Below, one piece after another: positions 1 to 10,683 of a DNA stretch of 64,000 nt. Origin of the DNA: Methyloceanibacter sp. (lineage in GTDB: Bacteria > Pseudomonadota > Alphaproteobacteria > Rhizobiales > Methyloligellaceae); contig DATAFR010000160.1 in NCBI GenBank assembly GCA_036257375.1, positions 22,063 to 86,062 on the forward strand, written 5' to 3'. Positions within the stretch are counted from its first letter, which is position 1. Every line of letters begins with the position of its first letter. The position numbers and the translations under genes are program-made. A model generated the notes under the pieces. It had not been told where the DNA came from, ran no database searches, and saw only the letters and a list, made by a program, of their open reading frames with translations.

Positions 1-1087
1 TCAATGCGTGGTTGAGCACTTTCCGCATGAGCGAAGGCAGGGGCGCGCCGGCAAGTTGGCGCGGCTTGAGCCAGCGGCAGCGCTCCGGATGGGCCGCACG
101 CTTCGGCACGGCGTCGTGCTCGACCTCGGCGCGATAGACTGAAAGCTCGAGATGGAAATGCGTGAAGGTGTGCCTGACGAGCCCCGGCAGCTTGCGCCAA
201 TCGGCCTTCACCGGGGCATGGTCGCGCACAGACGTCCCGTTGGGTTCGCCCTCCTGCCATGGCGATGACGGAGTCTCGAGCATCCCTCCAAGCAGACCGT
301 TTAGCGGCCGCTCGCGCAACAGCAAGGCGCCATCGGGGCGGATCGCGACGAACGTCACGCCGCGTCTGACCGGCCGCTCACCTCTCTCCTCGCGATACGG
401 GAGCGCTTCGGCGATGCCCTCGGCATCTCCGCGGCAATCGGCCCGCATCGGACAGAGCCCGCAAGCCGGGCGGCGCGGCGTGCAGATGGTGGCGCCGAGA
501 TCCATCAGGCCTTGCGCGAAGTCGCCGGGCCGATCAGTCGGGGTCAGCATCTCCGCGAGCGCCCTGATCTCGGACTTCGCCTCGGGCAGTGGCGTGGTGA
601 CGGCGAAGAGGCGCGCCACGACGCGCTCGATATTGCCGTCGACTGGGGTTGCTCGTTTGCCGAAGGCGATGGCGGCAATGGCCGCGGCGGTATAGTCGCC
701 GATGCCGGGAAGGCTGCGCAATTCGGCTTCGTTTTCGGGGAATTTGCCGCCAAGCTGCTCGGCCACGGCGCGCGCGCAAGCATGCAGATTCCGCGCGCGG
801 GCGTAATAGCCGAGGCCGGCCCAGGCGGCGAGAACCTCGCCAAGCTCTGCCCGCGCCAGCGCATCGACACTCGGCCAACGGCGCAGGAAGAGCTCATAGC
901 GCGGCAACACCGCCTTGACCGTCGTCTGCTGCAGCATGATCTCGCTGAGCCAGACACGATAAGCGTCTTGGGTCTCGCAGGGCTCTGCGCGCCATGGCAA
1001 CCGGCGGCGCTCGCGGTCGTACCAGGCAAGCACGGCATCGGCGATGCTGGCTCTCTCGCGATCTGGCCGCGCCGCGCGCTTCTGCAT
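1..1087 (-). CDS. mutY: A/G-specific adenine DNA glycosylase (3' end runs off the window)
   Basis: Hand translation from ATG 1087: MQKRAARPDRERASIADAVLAWYDRERRRLPWR...YRVWLSEIMLQQ...LGYYARARNL...LPGIGDYTA...CTPRRPACGLC (HhH and 4Fe-4S motifs). No stop before position 1, so it is missing from the ORF track. Confidence 0.95.
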   Translation of the reverse strand, partial: MQKRAARPDRERASIADAVLAWYDRERRRLPWRAEPCETQDAYRVWLSEIMLQQTTVKAVLPRYELFLRRWPSVDALARAELGEVLAAWAGLGYYARARNLHACARAVAEQLGGKFPENEAELRSLPGIGDYTAAAIAAIAFGKRATPVDGNIERVVARLFAVTTPLPEAKSEIRALAEMLTPTDRPGDFAQGLMDLGATICTPRRPACGLCPMRADCRGDAEGIAEALPYREERGERPVRRGVTFVAIRPDGALLLRERPLNGLLGGMLETPSSPWQEGEPNGTSVRDHAPVKADWRKLPGLVRHTFTHFHLELSVYRAEVEHDAVPKRAAHPERCRWLKPRQLAGAPLPSLMRKVLNHAL

Positions 1088-1185
1088 AAAGCCAACTCCT
1101 GCCGCGCTTCTCCCCTTGCCATGCTGTAAGCTCGGCCGAGGCGAAGCAAGCGGGGGGTTCGATCCCTCCACCGTTACGCGGGACC

Positions 1186-1719
1186 ATGGACGATAAGCAA
1201 AGGAGAGATTTGGCGCGCGCGGCGGCCACGGCGCGGCCGATCGGCGCATATGCGGCCGGCGCGCTCGATCCCGCCGCACGCGCCCGCGGCTTCGCCACCA
1301 CATCGCTCCTCAGCGAATGGCCGGCGATCGTCGGCGCCGAGCTTGCGCAATTCACCATGCCCGACCGCGTGGTTTGGCCGCGGCGTCGCGACGATGCCGA
1401 CGATCAGGCCCCGCCGAAGGGTTGGCGCGACGACGGCGCCACGCTTGTGCTCCGCGTCGAAGGCCCGCGCGCCATCGAGGTGCAGCATCGCTCGGCCCAG
1501 ATTCTGGAGCGGGTGAATTCCTATTTCGGCTATCGCGCCATCGCCGACATGCGCATCTTGCAGGCTCCGGTCGCGCGCAAATCAGCGCGTCCGCCGGCCT
1601 CAGAGCCTCCGCTCGACCCCGGCGCGCTCCCCGCGTCCGCAAGCATCGAGGATAGCGGCTTGCGGGGCGCCCTGCTGCGGCTTGGCTCGGCCGCACGCGC
1701 CAAGCTCACAAGGGGTTGA
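1186..1719 (+). CDS. DUF721 / DciA-family protein
   Basis: W..IVG..LA motif, LVLRVEGPRAIEVQH and ERVNSYFGYRAI. Position between mutY and dsbA-smc is usual in this group. Confidence 0.85.
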   Translation: MDDKQRRDLARAAATARPIGAYAAGALDPAARARGFATTSLLSEWPAIVGAELAQFTMPDRVVWPRRRDDADDQAPPKGWRDDGATLVLRVEGPRAIEVQHRSAQILERVNSYFGYRAIADMRILQAPVARKSARPPASEPPLDPGALPASASIEDSGLRGALLRLGSAARAKLTRG

Positions 1720-1805
1720 GGGGCTCTTCTCGCTCTTGCCAGGATGGCGGTGTTTAATGAATGTAGGCCCGGGCCCAAGCGGGCCTCGGGAATCCATTCG
1801 GTGGA

Positions 1806-2639
1806 GTGAAAAGCGTGGCAAAAGGCGAAAAAAAGGCGGCTGCCCAAGCCGGTTCAGGAAAACCGGCAAGCGGCAGCCCGGCCGGCAAGGAAGGGGTGCA
1901 GAGCAAAACCGGTACGCTCATCCTCGGCGCCGTGGCGGCGGCCGTGCTGATCGGCGGCGTCATTTATTGGGCCAGCTCGAACAGCGGCACGAGCGCAACC
2001 GGCGAGAAAAAGGACTCCGATCTTTCCGAGTTGCTGGCGCCCGGTCCCCTGCCCGACATGGCGCTCGGCAATGCCGACGCCCCGAACATTATCGTCGAAT
2101 ACGCCTCGATGACCTGCCCGCATTGCGCGCAGTTCGAAAAGGACGTCTTCCCGGAGCTCAAGACGAAATATGTCGACACCGGCAAGGTCCGCTTCATCTT
2201 CCGCGAGTTCCCGCTCGACGGCCTGGCGGCGCGCGCGTCCATGCTCGCCCGCTGCGCCGGTCCTGACCGCTACTTCCCGATCATCGATGGCCTGTTCCAG
2301 ACGCAACAGTCCTGGGTCGTGCAGGAAGAAGGCATGGAGAAGCTGCTGCAATTCGCCCGCCAGGCCGGTTTCTCCAAGGAGAGCTTCGACAAATGCATGA
2401 ACGACAAGGATCTGTTCAACAAGATCGTCGAGGTGCGTTCGATCGGGCATGAGAAATTCGGCGTCGACTCGACGCCTTCCTTCTTCATCAATGGCAAGCG
2501 GCTGAAGGGCGAGCACGCGCTCAAGGATTTCGAGGCCATGCTCGCGGGCATCGACAAGCCGGCAGCGACGCCTGACGGCGGCGCGACACCGGCGCCCGAG
2601 GGAAGCACGAGCCAGCCCGAGGGAACGCCGGGCCAGTAG
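1806..2639 (+). CDS. DsbA-family thiol-disulfide oxidoreductase, membrane anchored
   Basis: EYASMTCPHC active site, STPSFFING cis-Pro loop, N-terminal hydrophobic segment. Confidence 0.9.
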   Translation: MKSVAKGEKKAAAQAGSGKPASGSPAGKEGVQSKTGTLILGAVAAAVLIGGVIYWASSNSGTSATGEKKDSDLSELLAPGPLPDMALGNADAPNIIVEYASMTCPHCAQFEKDVFPELKTKYVDTGKVRFIFREFPLDGLAARASMLARCAGPDRYFPIIDGLFQTQQSWVVQEEGMEKLLQFARQAGFSKESFDKCMNDKDLFNKIVEVRSIGHEKFGVDSTPSFFINGKRLKGEHALKDFEAMLAGIDKPAATPDGGATPAPEGSTSQPEGTPGQ

Positions 2640-2647
2640 GTACCAGG

Positions 2648-3316
2648 GTGATGTCGCTGCGAGGGCTAAGAGCGTCGCTTCCGATTGCAGTCGCGCTCGC
2701 CCTTTCGGGATGCGGCGGGGGCGCCATGGGACCGGCGCCGCCGATCGACAAGGCGACCTATGTGCCCCCGCAAGCCGAGCTGATGGCGCCGGGACCGCTT
2801 GGCGACGTTTCGATCGGCAAGGCGAATGCGCCGGTCACCGTCATCGAATATGTCTCGCTCACCTGCCCGCACTGCGCCAACTTCCAGAAGCACCTGTTCC
2901 CGCGCGTGAAGAAGGAATATATCGACACCGGCAAGGTGAGGTTCATCGTCCGCGAATTCCCCATCGGACACACCTCGGGCCACGCGGCCATCGCCAATCG
3001 CTGCGCGGGCGAGGACAAATATTTCTTCCTGCTGAACCAGTTCCTGACCCGGCAGCCCGAATGGGTCAGCCAGGAGGTCCGTCCCGACGCCATCTATTCG
3101 GTCGCCAAAGCCAGCGGAATGAGCCGCGAGACGTTTGACAAATGCCTATCGAATCAAACCATTATCGACGGCTTGACGGAGGTGAAGCAGCGGGGGCGGC
3201 AATTCGGCGTGATCGGCACGCCGACCTTCTTCATCAATGGCCGCAAGGCGCAAGGAGAGGTCACCTTCGAAGAGATCAAGGCCATGATCGAGCAGGCGCC
3301 GGCGTCCTCGTCATGA
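2648..3316 (+). CDS. DsbA-family oxidoreductase, predicted lipoprotein
   Basis: EYVSLTCPHC, GTPTFFING, lipobox LSGC. Confidence 0.9.
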   Translation: MMSLRGLRASLPIAVALALSGCGGGAMGPAPPIDKATYVPPQAELMAPGPLGDVSIGKANAPVTVIEYVSLTCPHCANFQKHLFPRVKKEYIDTGKVRFIVREFPIGHTSGHAAIANRCAGEDKYFFLLNQFLTRQPEWVSQEVRPDAIYSVAKASGMSRETFDKCLSNQTIIDGLTEVKQRGRQFGVIGTPTFFINGRKAQGEVTFEEIKAMIEQAPASSS

Positions 3317-3385
3317 CCTTTCGCGGCGCCGCCGCGTGGCCTAAATGCTGCGCGTAAAGTCTTCCACTAAAGAGGCAGAACCAGC

Positions 3386-6300
3386 GTGAAGATCACTCGT
3401 CTTCGCCTTCTCGGATTCAAATCCTTCGTCGAGCCCACCGAGCTCCTGATCGAGCAGGGTCTCACCGGCGTGGTCGGCCCCAACGGCTGCGGCAAGTCGA
3501 ACCTGCTCGAGGCGCTGCGCTGGGCCATGGGCGAGACCTCGTATAAGAGCATGCGCGGCGCGGCCATGGACGACGTGATCTTCGCCGGATCGGAGGCTCG
3601 CCCGGCCCGCAACAGCGCCGAGGTCACGCTGTTCATCGACAATAGGGCGCGCACCGCGCCGGCCGAGTTCAACGACAGCGACGCGCTGGAAGTGACGCGG
3701 CGCATCGAGCGCGAAGCCGGCTCCGCCTACAGGGTCAACGGCAAGGATGCCCGCGCGCGCGACGTGCGGCTCCTGTTCGAGGACGCAGCCACCGGCGCGC
3801 GTTCGCCGGCGCTGGTGCGGCAGGGGCGCATCGGCGAAATCGTCAACGCAGCGCCGCAGGAGCGCCGCCGCGTGCTGGAGGATGCGGCCGGCATCGCAGG
3901 GCTGCATAGCCGCAGGCACGAGGCCGAGCTCCGGCTCAAAGCGACCGAAGCCAATCTCGCCCGCCTCTCCGATCTGATCGGCCAGATCGCATCGCAATTG
4001 CAGTCGATGCGGCGGCAAGCGCGTCAGGCGCAGCGTTATCGCGAAATTTCCGGCAAGATCCGCGAGACCGAGGCGCTGTTGCATCATCTCAATTGGACCG
4101 GCGCTTGCGCCCATGTCGAGCAGGAGGAAGCCTCCTTCCAAGAGGCGCTTGCCCAGGTGGCGCAGGAGACCAAGGCCGAAGGCGAGGCCTTGCGCCAGCA
4201 GGCGGAGGCCGCCGAGAAGCTACAGCCTTTGCGCGACGAGGAGGCCTCGCGCGCGGCGGTGCTGCATCGCCTGAGCGTCGAGCGCGACGCGCTCGAGCGC
4301 GAAGAGGCTCGCGCCAAAGCGCGCCAAGCCGAGCTTGAGACGCGGCTGGCACAGGCCTCGCGCGATCTTGCCCGCGAGGAGGAGCATATCGCGGAGGCCG
4401 AAGGCATCTTGCGCGGGCTTGGCGAAGAGGGCCGGCGCCTTGCCTTGGCAAGCGCGCGCGATCGCGAGGAGCCGCAATTGCGTGAAACCGCGGCACGTGC
4501 CGCGGCCGCTCTTGCCGCCGCGGAAACGGCGCTGAACGAGGCGACGAGCACGCTCGCCAAGGCCAGGGCCGAACGTGAGCGGCTCGTAGCTGAGCAGGCC
4601 GACCTGAGAGCGCGGCTTGTCCGGCTTGACGCGCAAGCAGGCGAGATCGGCGTTGAGCTCGGGCACCGCGAGGCCGAAAGCGAAACCGATAGCGGGCTGA
4701 CCGAGCTGAACGCCGAATTGGCGCGGCTCTCGGCCATAGTGGAAGGGATCGAAGCCGAGCTTACGGCTGCCGAAGCCGAAGAGGAGGAGGCGCGGTTCCA
4801 CGAAGCAAAGGCCCGCGCCCTCGCCGCTTCAGCCAAACTCGTAAGCCAGGAGGTCGAGACCGAGCTTGCAACGCTCATCAAGCTGCTCGCCCCGGCCGGC
4901 GGGGACTGGCCTCCCGTCCTCGATGAGATCACGGTCAATGCAGGCTATGAACTGGCGCTTGCCGCGGCGCTCGGCGACGATCTTGACGCTGCGAGCGACG
5001 AGGCCGCGCCTGCCCATTGGCGGCTCGCGGCGCAGGCTGCATCGGATCCCAGCCTTCCCGAGGGCGCGGTTATCCTCAGCAAATTCGTCAAAGGTCCCAA
5101 GGTTCTTACGCGTCGGCTCGCGCAGATCGGCGTGGTCGATGTTGCGCTGGGCCGCGACTTGCAGTCAGCGCTCGCGCCCGGCCAGAGACTCGTGTCGAAG
5201 GAAGGCGATCTCTGGCGATGGGATGGCTACAGCGTCAAGGCGGGGAGCGCCAGCGCTGCAGGGGCACGCCTGACCGAGAGAAGTCGGCTCGATGCTCTCA
5301 AGGTCGAGAGGTCTACAGCGGAGGCCCACGCCAAGACCGCCGAGGCCGATCTCGCCGAGGCCGTCAGCAGTTTGGAGACTGCCGTACAGAGGACCAAAGC
5401 TCTTCGCCAAAAGGCGAAGGACGCACACGCCGAGCTTGACAGGACGCGCGATGCGATCGCCGCGGCCGAACATGCGGCGCAGGTCTACTCAAAGCAGCTC
5501 GGCGCTCTCGCCGAAGCCCGTTCCAGAACGCAGTCAGCGCAGGACGAGGCGCGCGAGCACGCGGCGAGGATCGAGACGGCCCTGCATGCGCTTGCTCCAC
5601 TTGCGGCGCTCGAAGCAACACTTGAAGCCGCGCAAGCCGAGGCTGGCGCCAGCCGCCAGGCCGCGGCGCGCGCGGAGGCCGCGCTCGAAGGTTTCGAGCG
5701 CGAGCTCCGCTTGCGTCAAGAGCGGATGCAGGCGATCGGCGCCGAGGAAGAACGCTGGCGGAAGCGCATCGCCAATGCGCGCGAGCAGATCCTCACCCTC
5801 CGAGCGCGCGAGGAAGAGACGAGCGCCGACCTCGCCGCACTGGAAAACCTCCCTGCCGAGATCGAGCAGCGTCGTTCCAAGCTGCTCGACGCCATCGCCG
5901 CTGCCGAGCGCCAAAGGGGCAACGCCGCCGACGAGCTCGCTCTGGCCGAGACGGCGTTGAAGGGGCGCGAGAAGGCGTTGCGCGAGGTGCAGGAGCGGCT
6001 GGCGGCTGCACGCGAAGCACGCGCGCGCAACGAAGCGCGGCTCGAAGCGGCGCGCGAGCGCCGCAGCGAGACGGCGCGCGCCATCCGCGATCAACTCGAT
6101 TGCATGCCGGAAGATTGCCTTGTGCTAGCCGGGCTCAAGCCTGGCGCCGCCACTCCGCCGCTCGCGGATGTCGAAGCGCGGCTCTTGAAGCTGAGGGCCG
6201 ATCGCGAGCGGCTCGGCGGCGTCAATCTCCGGGCCGAGGAGGAAGAGGCCGACCTTTCGGCCAAGCTCGAAGAGATGGAGCGCGAGAAGGCCGATGTCGA

Positions 6301-6838
6301 GGAGGCCATCCTCAGGCTGCGGCAAGGTATCACCAATCTCAATCGCGAGGGGCGTAAGCGCCTGCTCGAGGCCTTCGATACCGTAAACGGGCATTTCGGA
6401 CGGTTGTTCAAGACACTGTTCGGCGGCGGCTCTGCCGAGCTGAAGCTGGTCGATTCAGACGATCCGCTCGAATCTGGACTCGAGATCTTCGCTTGCCCGC
6501 CGGGCAAGCGCCTCCAGGCGTTGACGCTGCTCTCGGGCGGCGAGAAGGCGCTGACCGCACTCGCCCTGATCTTCGCCGTGTTCCTGACCAACCCCTCGCC
6601 CATCTGCGTGCTGGACGAGGTGGACGCGCCGCTAGACGACGCCAATGTCGAGCGCTTCTGCCGGTTGATGGAGGAGATGGCGAAGGAGACCGACACGCGC
6701 TTCCTTATTATCACCCACCATCCGCTCACCATGGCGCGCATGAGCCGGCTGTTCGGCGTGACCATGGCCGAGCGCGGCGTCAGCCAGCTCGTCTCGGTCG
6801 ATCTGGAACAGGCCGAGCGCCTGCGCGACGCGAGCTAG
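3386..6838 (+). CDS. smc: Chromosome segregation protein SMC
   Basis: Walker A GPNGCGKSN, long coiled coils, hinge, LSGGEK signature, LDEVDAPLD. Confidence 0.98.
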   Translation: MKITRLRLLGFKSFVEPTELLIEQGLTGVVGPNGCGKSNLLEALRWAMGETSYKSMRGAAMDDVIFAGSEARPARNSAEVTLFIDNRARTAPAEFNDSDALEVTRRIEREAGSAYRVNGKDARARDVRLLFEDAATGARSPALVRQGRIGEIVNAAPQERRRVLEDAAGIAGLHSRRHEAELRLKATEANLARLSDLIGQIASQLQSMRRQARQAQRYREISGKIRETEALLHHLNWTGACAHVEQEEASFQEALAQVAQETKAEGEALRQQAEAAEKLQPLRDEEASRAAVLHRLSVERDALEREEARAKARQAELETRLAQASRDLAREEEHIAEAEGILRGLGEEGRRLALASARDREEPQLRETAARAAAALAAAETALNEATSTLAKARAERERLVAEQADLRARLVRLDAQAGEIGVELGHREAESETDSGLTELNAELARLSAIVEGIEAELTAAEAEEEEARFHEAKARALAASAKLVSQEVETELATLIKLLAPAGGDWPPVLDEITVNAGYELALAAALGDDLDAASDEAAPAHWRLAAQAASDPSLPEGAVILSKFVKGPKVLTRRLAQIGVVDVALGRDLQSALAPGQRLVSKEGDLWRWDGYSVKAGSASAAGARLTERSRLDALKVERSTAEAHAKTAEADLAEAVSSLETAVQRTKALRQKAKDAHAELDRTRDAIAAAEHAAQVYSKQLGALAEARSRTQSAQDEAREHAARIETALHALAPLAALEATLEAAQAEAGASRQAAARAEAALEGFERELRLRQERMQAIGAEEERWRKRIANAREQILTLRAREEETSADLAALENLPAEIEQRRSKLLDAIAAAERQRGNAADELALAETALKGREKALREVQERLAAAREARARNEARLEAARERRSETARAIRDQLDCMPEDCLVLAGLKPGAATPPLADVEARLLKLRADRERLGGVNLRAEEEEADLSAKLEEMEREKADVEEAILRLRQGITNLNREGRKRLLEAFDTVNGHFGRLFKTLFGGGSAELKLVDSDDPLESGLEIFACPPGKRLQALTLLSGGEKALTALALIFAVFLTNPSPICVLDEVDAPLDDANVERFCRLMEEMAKETDTRFLIITHHPLTMARMSRLFGVTMAERGVSQLVSVDLEQAERLRDAS

Positions 6839-6871
6839 CAGAATCCGAGTTTTTTGCCCCTTCCGACTTCC

Positions 6872-6899
6872 TTGACAGGGCGGAATCCCTCACTAAAGT
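6872..6899 (+). promoter_or_regulatory. Putative sigma70 promoter of the atp F0 operon
   Basis: TTGACA (6872-6877), 16-nt spacer, TAAAGT, about 60 nt upstream of atpI. Confidence 0.55.
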
Positions 6900-6959
6900 G
6901 CCGGCCAAGCTTAAGGACCAGCCGGTCCCGAGGGCTCTCCCGGAAATTGAGCGACGCCA

Positions 6960-7346
6960 ATGGCCGGAGCCGAAAATCAGTCCGGCCGCAAGGAGAGCGG
7001 CCGTGACGCCGATAGTATTCGTCGGCGGCTCGATCATCTTGGCGAGCAGCTTGCGGAGGCTCGAGGCCGGCATGACAAGGCGCCAGGCCGAGAGCCGCAC
7101 GGCCAAGGCGCCGCACTCGGTCAGGCGCTCCGGCTTGGCATAGAGCTGGTTGCCGGGGTGGCGGTCGGTGGGTTCATCGGCTGGGCGCTCGACCGTTGGC
7201 TGGGCACCGCGCCCTTCCTGATGGTCGTATTTCTCGGGCTTGGCGCGGCGGCCGGGATCATGAATGTGGTGCGTACTGCCAAGCGCATGCAGGCGGAGGC
7301 ATCGTCGGTGAAGGATCTGCCTAGCGTGCCGGATGACGACGACTAG
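6960..7346 (+). CDS. atpI: ATP synthase protein I (AtpZ/AtpI family)
   Basis: GIELVAGVAVGGFIGWALDRWLGTAP...GAAAG..NV motif, first gene of the F0 operon. Confidence 0.9.
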   Translation: MAGAENQSGRKESGRDADSIRRRLDHLGEQLAEARGRHDKAPGREPHGQGAALGQALRLGIELVAGVAVGGFIGWALDRWLGTAPFLMVVFLGLGAAAGIMNVVRTAKRMQAEASSVKDLPSVPDDDD

Positions 7347-7365
7347 GGATTAGGGGCGTTTCGAA

Positions 7366-8166
7366 GTGATCGAGGCAGCATACGCGGCAGAAGAAGCAGC
7401 AGGACACGCGGCCGAGCATGGCGGCGGCGCCGGCGGCCTGCCCAATCCCATGCATCAGTTCGAGATCAAGCGGATCATCCCGCTCGAGCTGTTCGGCTTC
7501 GACGCCTCCTTCACCAATTCCGCGCTGTTCATGGTGATCGCCGCCTGCGTCATCACCCTCTTCACCGTCTATGCCATGCGCAACCGCGCGCTGGTGCCGT
7601 CGCGGCTGCAATCCGTCGCCGAGCTCTCTTACCAGTTCGTGGCGAATATGGTGCGCGACAATGTCGGCACCGACGGGATGAAATATTTCCCCTTCGTTTT
7701 CACGCTCTTCATGTTCGTGCTCACGCTGAACATGCTGGGTATGCTCCCTTATTCCTTCACCGTGACGAGCCACATCATCGTGACCTTCGCGCTCGCCGCC
7801 TTCATCTTTCTCGGCGTCACGCTGATCGGTTTTTGGAAGCACGGCGCGAAGTTCCTCAAATTCTTCGTGCCCGAGGGCGTGCCCATCGTCATGCTGCCGC
7901 TGCTCGTGGTGATCGAGGTGATCTCTTATCTCACGCGGCCGATCTCGCTCTCGGTCCGGCTGTTCGCCAATATGATGGCCGGCCACACCATGCTGAAAGT
8001 GTTCGGCGCTTTCGTCGTGGCGCTCGGTTTTCTCGGCGGCTGGGCCCCGCTCGCCTTCATGGTGGCTTTCACCGGCCTCGAGATCCTGGTCGCTTTCCTG
8101 CAGGCCTATGTGTTCGCCATCCTCACCTGCATCTATCTCAACGACGCTTTGCATATGCATCATTAG
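7366..8166 (+). CDS. atpB: F0F1 ATP synthase subunit a
   Basis: [33 protein letters not shown]. Confidence 0.97.
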   Translation: MIEAAYAAEEAAGHAAEHGGGAGGLPNPMHQFEIKRIIPLELFGFDASFTNSALFMVIAACVITLFTVYAMRNRALVPSRLQSVAELSYQFVANMVRDNVGTDGMKYFPFVFTLFMFVLTLNMLGMLPYSFTVTSHIIVTFALAAFIFLGVTLIGFWKHGAKFLKFFVPEGVPIVMLPLLVVIEVISYLTRPISLSVRLFANMMAGHTMLKVFGAFVVALGFLGGWAPLAFMVAFTGLEILVAFLQAYVFAILTCIYLNDALHMHH

Positions 8167-8191
8167 TCAACCGCATCAAAGGGAGAGTGAA

Positions 8192-8419
8192 ATGGATCCA
8201 TCAGCAGCAAAATTGATCGGCGCGGGGTTGGCCTCGATCGCGCTTGTCGGCGCCGGCGTCGGCATCGGCACGATTTTCGGCAACTATCTGCAAGGGGCTT
8301 TGCGCAACCCGTCGGCGGCGCCGACGCAGTTCGCCAATCTCCTGCTCGGCTTCGCGCTGGCGGAAGCCACCGGTCTGTTCGGCCTGGTGGTGGCGCTGAT
8401 CATCCTGTTCGTGTTCTAG
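8192..8419 (+). CDS. atpE: F0F1 ATP synthase subunit c (75 aa)
   Basis: ATG 8192 after [21 protein letters not shown]...ALRNP...[10 protein letters not shown]. Confidence 0.97.
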   Translation: MDPSAAKLIGAGLASIALVGAGVGIGTIFGNYLQGALRNPSAAPTQFANLLLGFALAEATGLFGLVVALIILFVF

Positions 8420-8454
8420 ACAGCCAGAACTTTTCCGGCTCGCGGGAAGCGATC

Positions 8455-8940
8455 ATGCCGCAGCTCAATCCGCTCGACTGGGGACCGCAGCTCGTCTGGC
8501 TCCTCATCACGTTCGGCGTCCTCTATTTCCTGATGCTGAAAGTGGCGCTGCCGCGCATCGGCTCGGTGATCGACGCGCGCGCGGCCCGTATCGCCAAGGA
8601 TCTGGCCGACGCGGACAAGCTGAGGCGCAAGACCGAGGAGGCGATCGCGGCTTACGAGCAGGCGCTGGCCGAAGCTAAGCAGAAGGCGCATGCCATCGTC
8701 GATGAGGGCCGCGCCAAGCTGAAGGAAGAGACTGCGGCCGAGCGGGCCCGTCTCGACGCCGAACTTGCCAAGCGCGGAGCCGAAGCCGAAGAGCGCATCA
8801 GGGCGGCCAAGGAATCGGCCATGCGCGATGTGAATGTAGTGGCGGCAGACGTCGCCGCCGACATCGTGCGCCAGTTGATCGGCATCGCGCCCGCCAAGGC
8901 CGAAGTGGAGAAGGCGGTCGCGGCCGCGCGGAAAGACTAG
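8455..8940 (+). CDS. F0F1 ATP synthase subunit b'
   Basis: MPQLNPLDWGPQLVWL start, TM helix plus coiled coil, operon position. Confidence 0.92.
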   Translation: MPQLNPLDWGPQLVWLLITFGVLYFLMLKVALPRIGSVIDARAARIAKDLADADKLRRKTEEAIAAYEQALAEAKQKAHAIVDEGRAKLKEETAAERARLDAELAKRGAEAEERIRAAKESAMRDVNVVAADVAADIVRQLIGIAPAKAEVEKAVAAARKD

Positions 8941-8944
8941 AGCC

Positions 8945-9436
8945 ATGGAATTCATCTTCGAGCCGGAATTCTGGGTCGCGGTATCCTTCTTCCTCTTCGT
9001 GGGCGTCGTGGTCTATCTCGGCGTGCACAAGAAGATCGCCTCTGCCCTCGACGCGAGGGCGGCTGCGATCGCCAGAGAACTCGAAGACGCCAAGCGCTTG
9101 CGGGAGGAGGCCGAGAAAGTCCTCGCCGACTATCGCCGCAAGCAGGGCGACGTGGTCAAGGAAACCAAAGACATCATCGATCTCGCCTCGAAGGAGGCCG
9201 AGATCCTGGCCGCCGAGACACACCGATCGATGAAAGAGCAATTCGACCGGCGCATGAAGCTCGCCGAAGACAAGATCTCACGCGCGGAAGCGGAAGCCTT
9301 ACGCGAGGTGCGAGCCGCTGCCGCGGAAGCCGCCGTGACCGCGGCGCAGACGGTCATCGCGCAGAAGCTCACGCCTGAGACCGCCGACAAGCTCGTCAAG
9401 CAAGGCATCGATGCGCTGAAGGGCAAGCTGAACTAG
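8945..9436 (+). CDS. atpF: F0F1 ATP synthase subunit b
   Basis: EFWVAVSF..F TM helix, LDARAAAIARELEDA coiled coil. Confidence 0.92.
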   Translation: MEFIFEPEFWVAVSFFLFVGVVVYLGVHKKIASALDARAAAIARELEDAKRLREEAEKVLADYRRKQGDVVKETKDIIDLASKEAEILAAETHRSMKEQFDRRMKLAEDKISRAEAEALREVRAAAAEAAVTAAQTVIAQKLTPETADKLVKQGIDALKGKLN

Positions 9437-10683
9437 CCCGGGGTCAGCCAGCGCCCGACTCTGCCCCAGAACGATTCCGAGTCCGCCTCGGGTTCCGCTT
9501 CGGCCGGGGCCGCGCGTTTTTTCCGGTAGTGCGGCTTGGGCTCTCCGGCGAGAAGGCCGCTGTAGATCCAGCCCTTCTTGCCGGTCGAAGGGTCAGTCAC
9601 TTGGACCCATCCCCGCTTGCGGTCGAGGACTGGAAGCTTGGCGCCCTTGGCGACCACGCCGAGCACGGCGGCGGAGGAGGAAGGCCTTTCCCGCAGATTG
9701 ACGAACACCGAGGGCTCGACCGTGCCAAGCCCACTCTCACTATCGTCGGCTTGCCCCAGCGTGTTGGGTTGGACGCCACCCGGCGGGGTGGTCGCGTCTT
9801 GTGTCGTCTGTTCGACACTCTCAAGTTGAGTGTCACTGGCCGGCTCAGGTTTTGCTTCCAGCTCCACGCCCTCACCGCCTGCCGCCTCGGGGCTGACCGC
9901 CCCCGCCGGTGCATCGGTCGTTTCCGGAAGGGCTGCCGTTGCCGCCGGTTCGCTGACCTCGGGCGACGCAACGGCGCCAGCCACGGTGGCGGCCGGCTGG
10001 GGCGCGACTGGTGCGGGCGCTACCGCTAGCAACGTCTCAGCCTCGGAGATGACCTTATCGTCCGGGGCGATCAGCGCGAGGCCGAGCTTGAACTCGCCGC
10101 TCGCGCCGGCCGGCAGAACGAGGTGCAGATCGCCGATCTGATCCGGCTTCAGCATCCATTCGTTCTCGCCAAGGGGGCGGCCTTCGGAAAAATTGCTGGC
10201 TTGCGGCAGCCCCTTTATGGCGATGACGCTGCGAGACGGGACGCCGTCAGTGCCGTCGATGGCGATGGGGAAGCTGACCGTTTCGCCCGCTTTGGCTTCG
10301 ATCTTGGCAGAGGCCGTGAGCACGGCCGATGGAGCTTCGCTCTGCAGCTCAGGAGCTTGCGCTGCCGGCGCCCCGCCCGGCGAGCCGAGCCAAAGGGCGC
10401 CGAGGGCAAGGCTTGGAACCAGCACGGCCAGAACGAGTCCGAAAATCAGCAAGCGCCGCCGGACCGCCGATCGACCTCTCGAAGGGGCCACTTCGCGCGC
10501 GTCAGCGCTCAGAGCAGCCGGCCGAGACGTTTGCGGCAGATCGGCCACGCGCAAAGTTGCTTCCCGCAGATCCGCCGCATGCGCGAAGCGCTGCGCGATC
10601 GGCGCGGGGTTTTCCAAGACGCCGGCGGGATATCTCCCGCTCAACGTCATGACGTCGGCACTGAGCTTTTTGGGTTGCCCCAT
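9433..10683 (-). CDS. Membrane-anchored protein with C-terminal bacterial SH3 domain
   Basis: One TM helix, beta-rich middle domain, Ala/Pro/Glu linker, C-terminal VNLRERPSSSAAVLGVV...GWVQV...GWIYSGLL (SH3b pattern). Confidence 0.75.
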   Translation of the reverse strand: MGQPKKLSADVMTLSGRYPAGVLENPAPIAQRFAHAADLREATLRVADLPQTSRPAALSADAREVAPSRGRSAVRRRLLIFGLVLAVLVPSLALGALWLGSPGGAPAAQAPELQSEAPSAVLTASAKIEAKAGETVSFPIAIDGTDGVPSRSVIAIKGLPQASNFSEGRPLGENEWMLKPDQIGDLHLVLPAGASGEFKLGLALIAPDDKVISEAETLLAVAPAPVAPQPAATVAGAVASPEVSEPAATAALPETTDAPAGAVSPEAAGGEGVELEAKPEPASDTQLESVEQTTQDATTPPGGVQPNTLGQADDSESGLGTVEPSVFVNLRERPSSSAAVLGVVAKGAKLPVLDRKRGWVQVTDPSTGKKGWIYSGLLAGEPKPHYRKKRAAPAEAEPEADSESFWGRVGRWLTPG

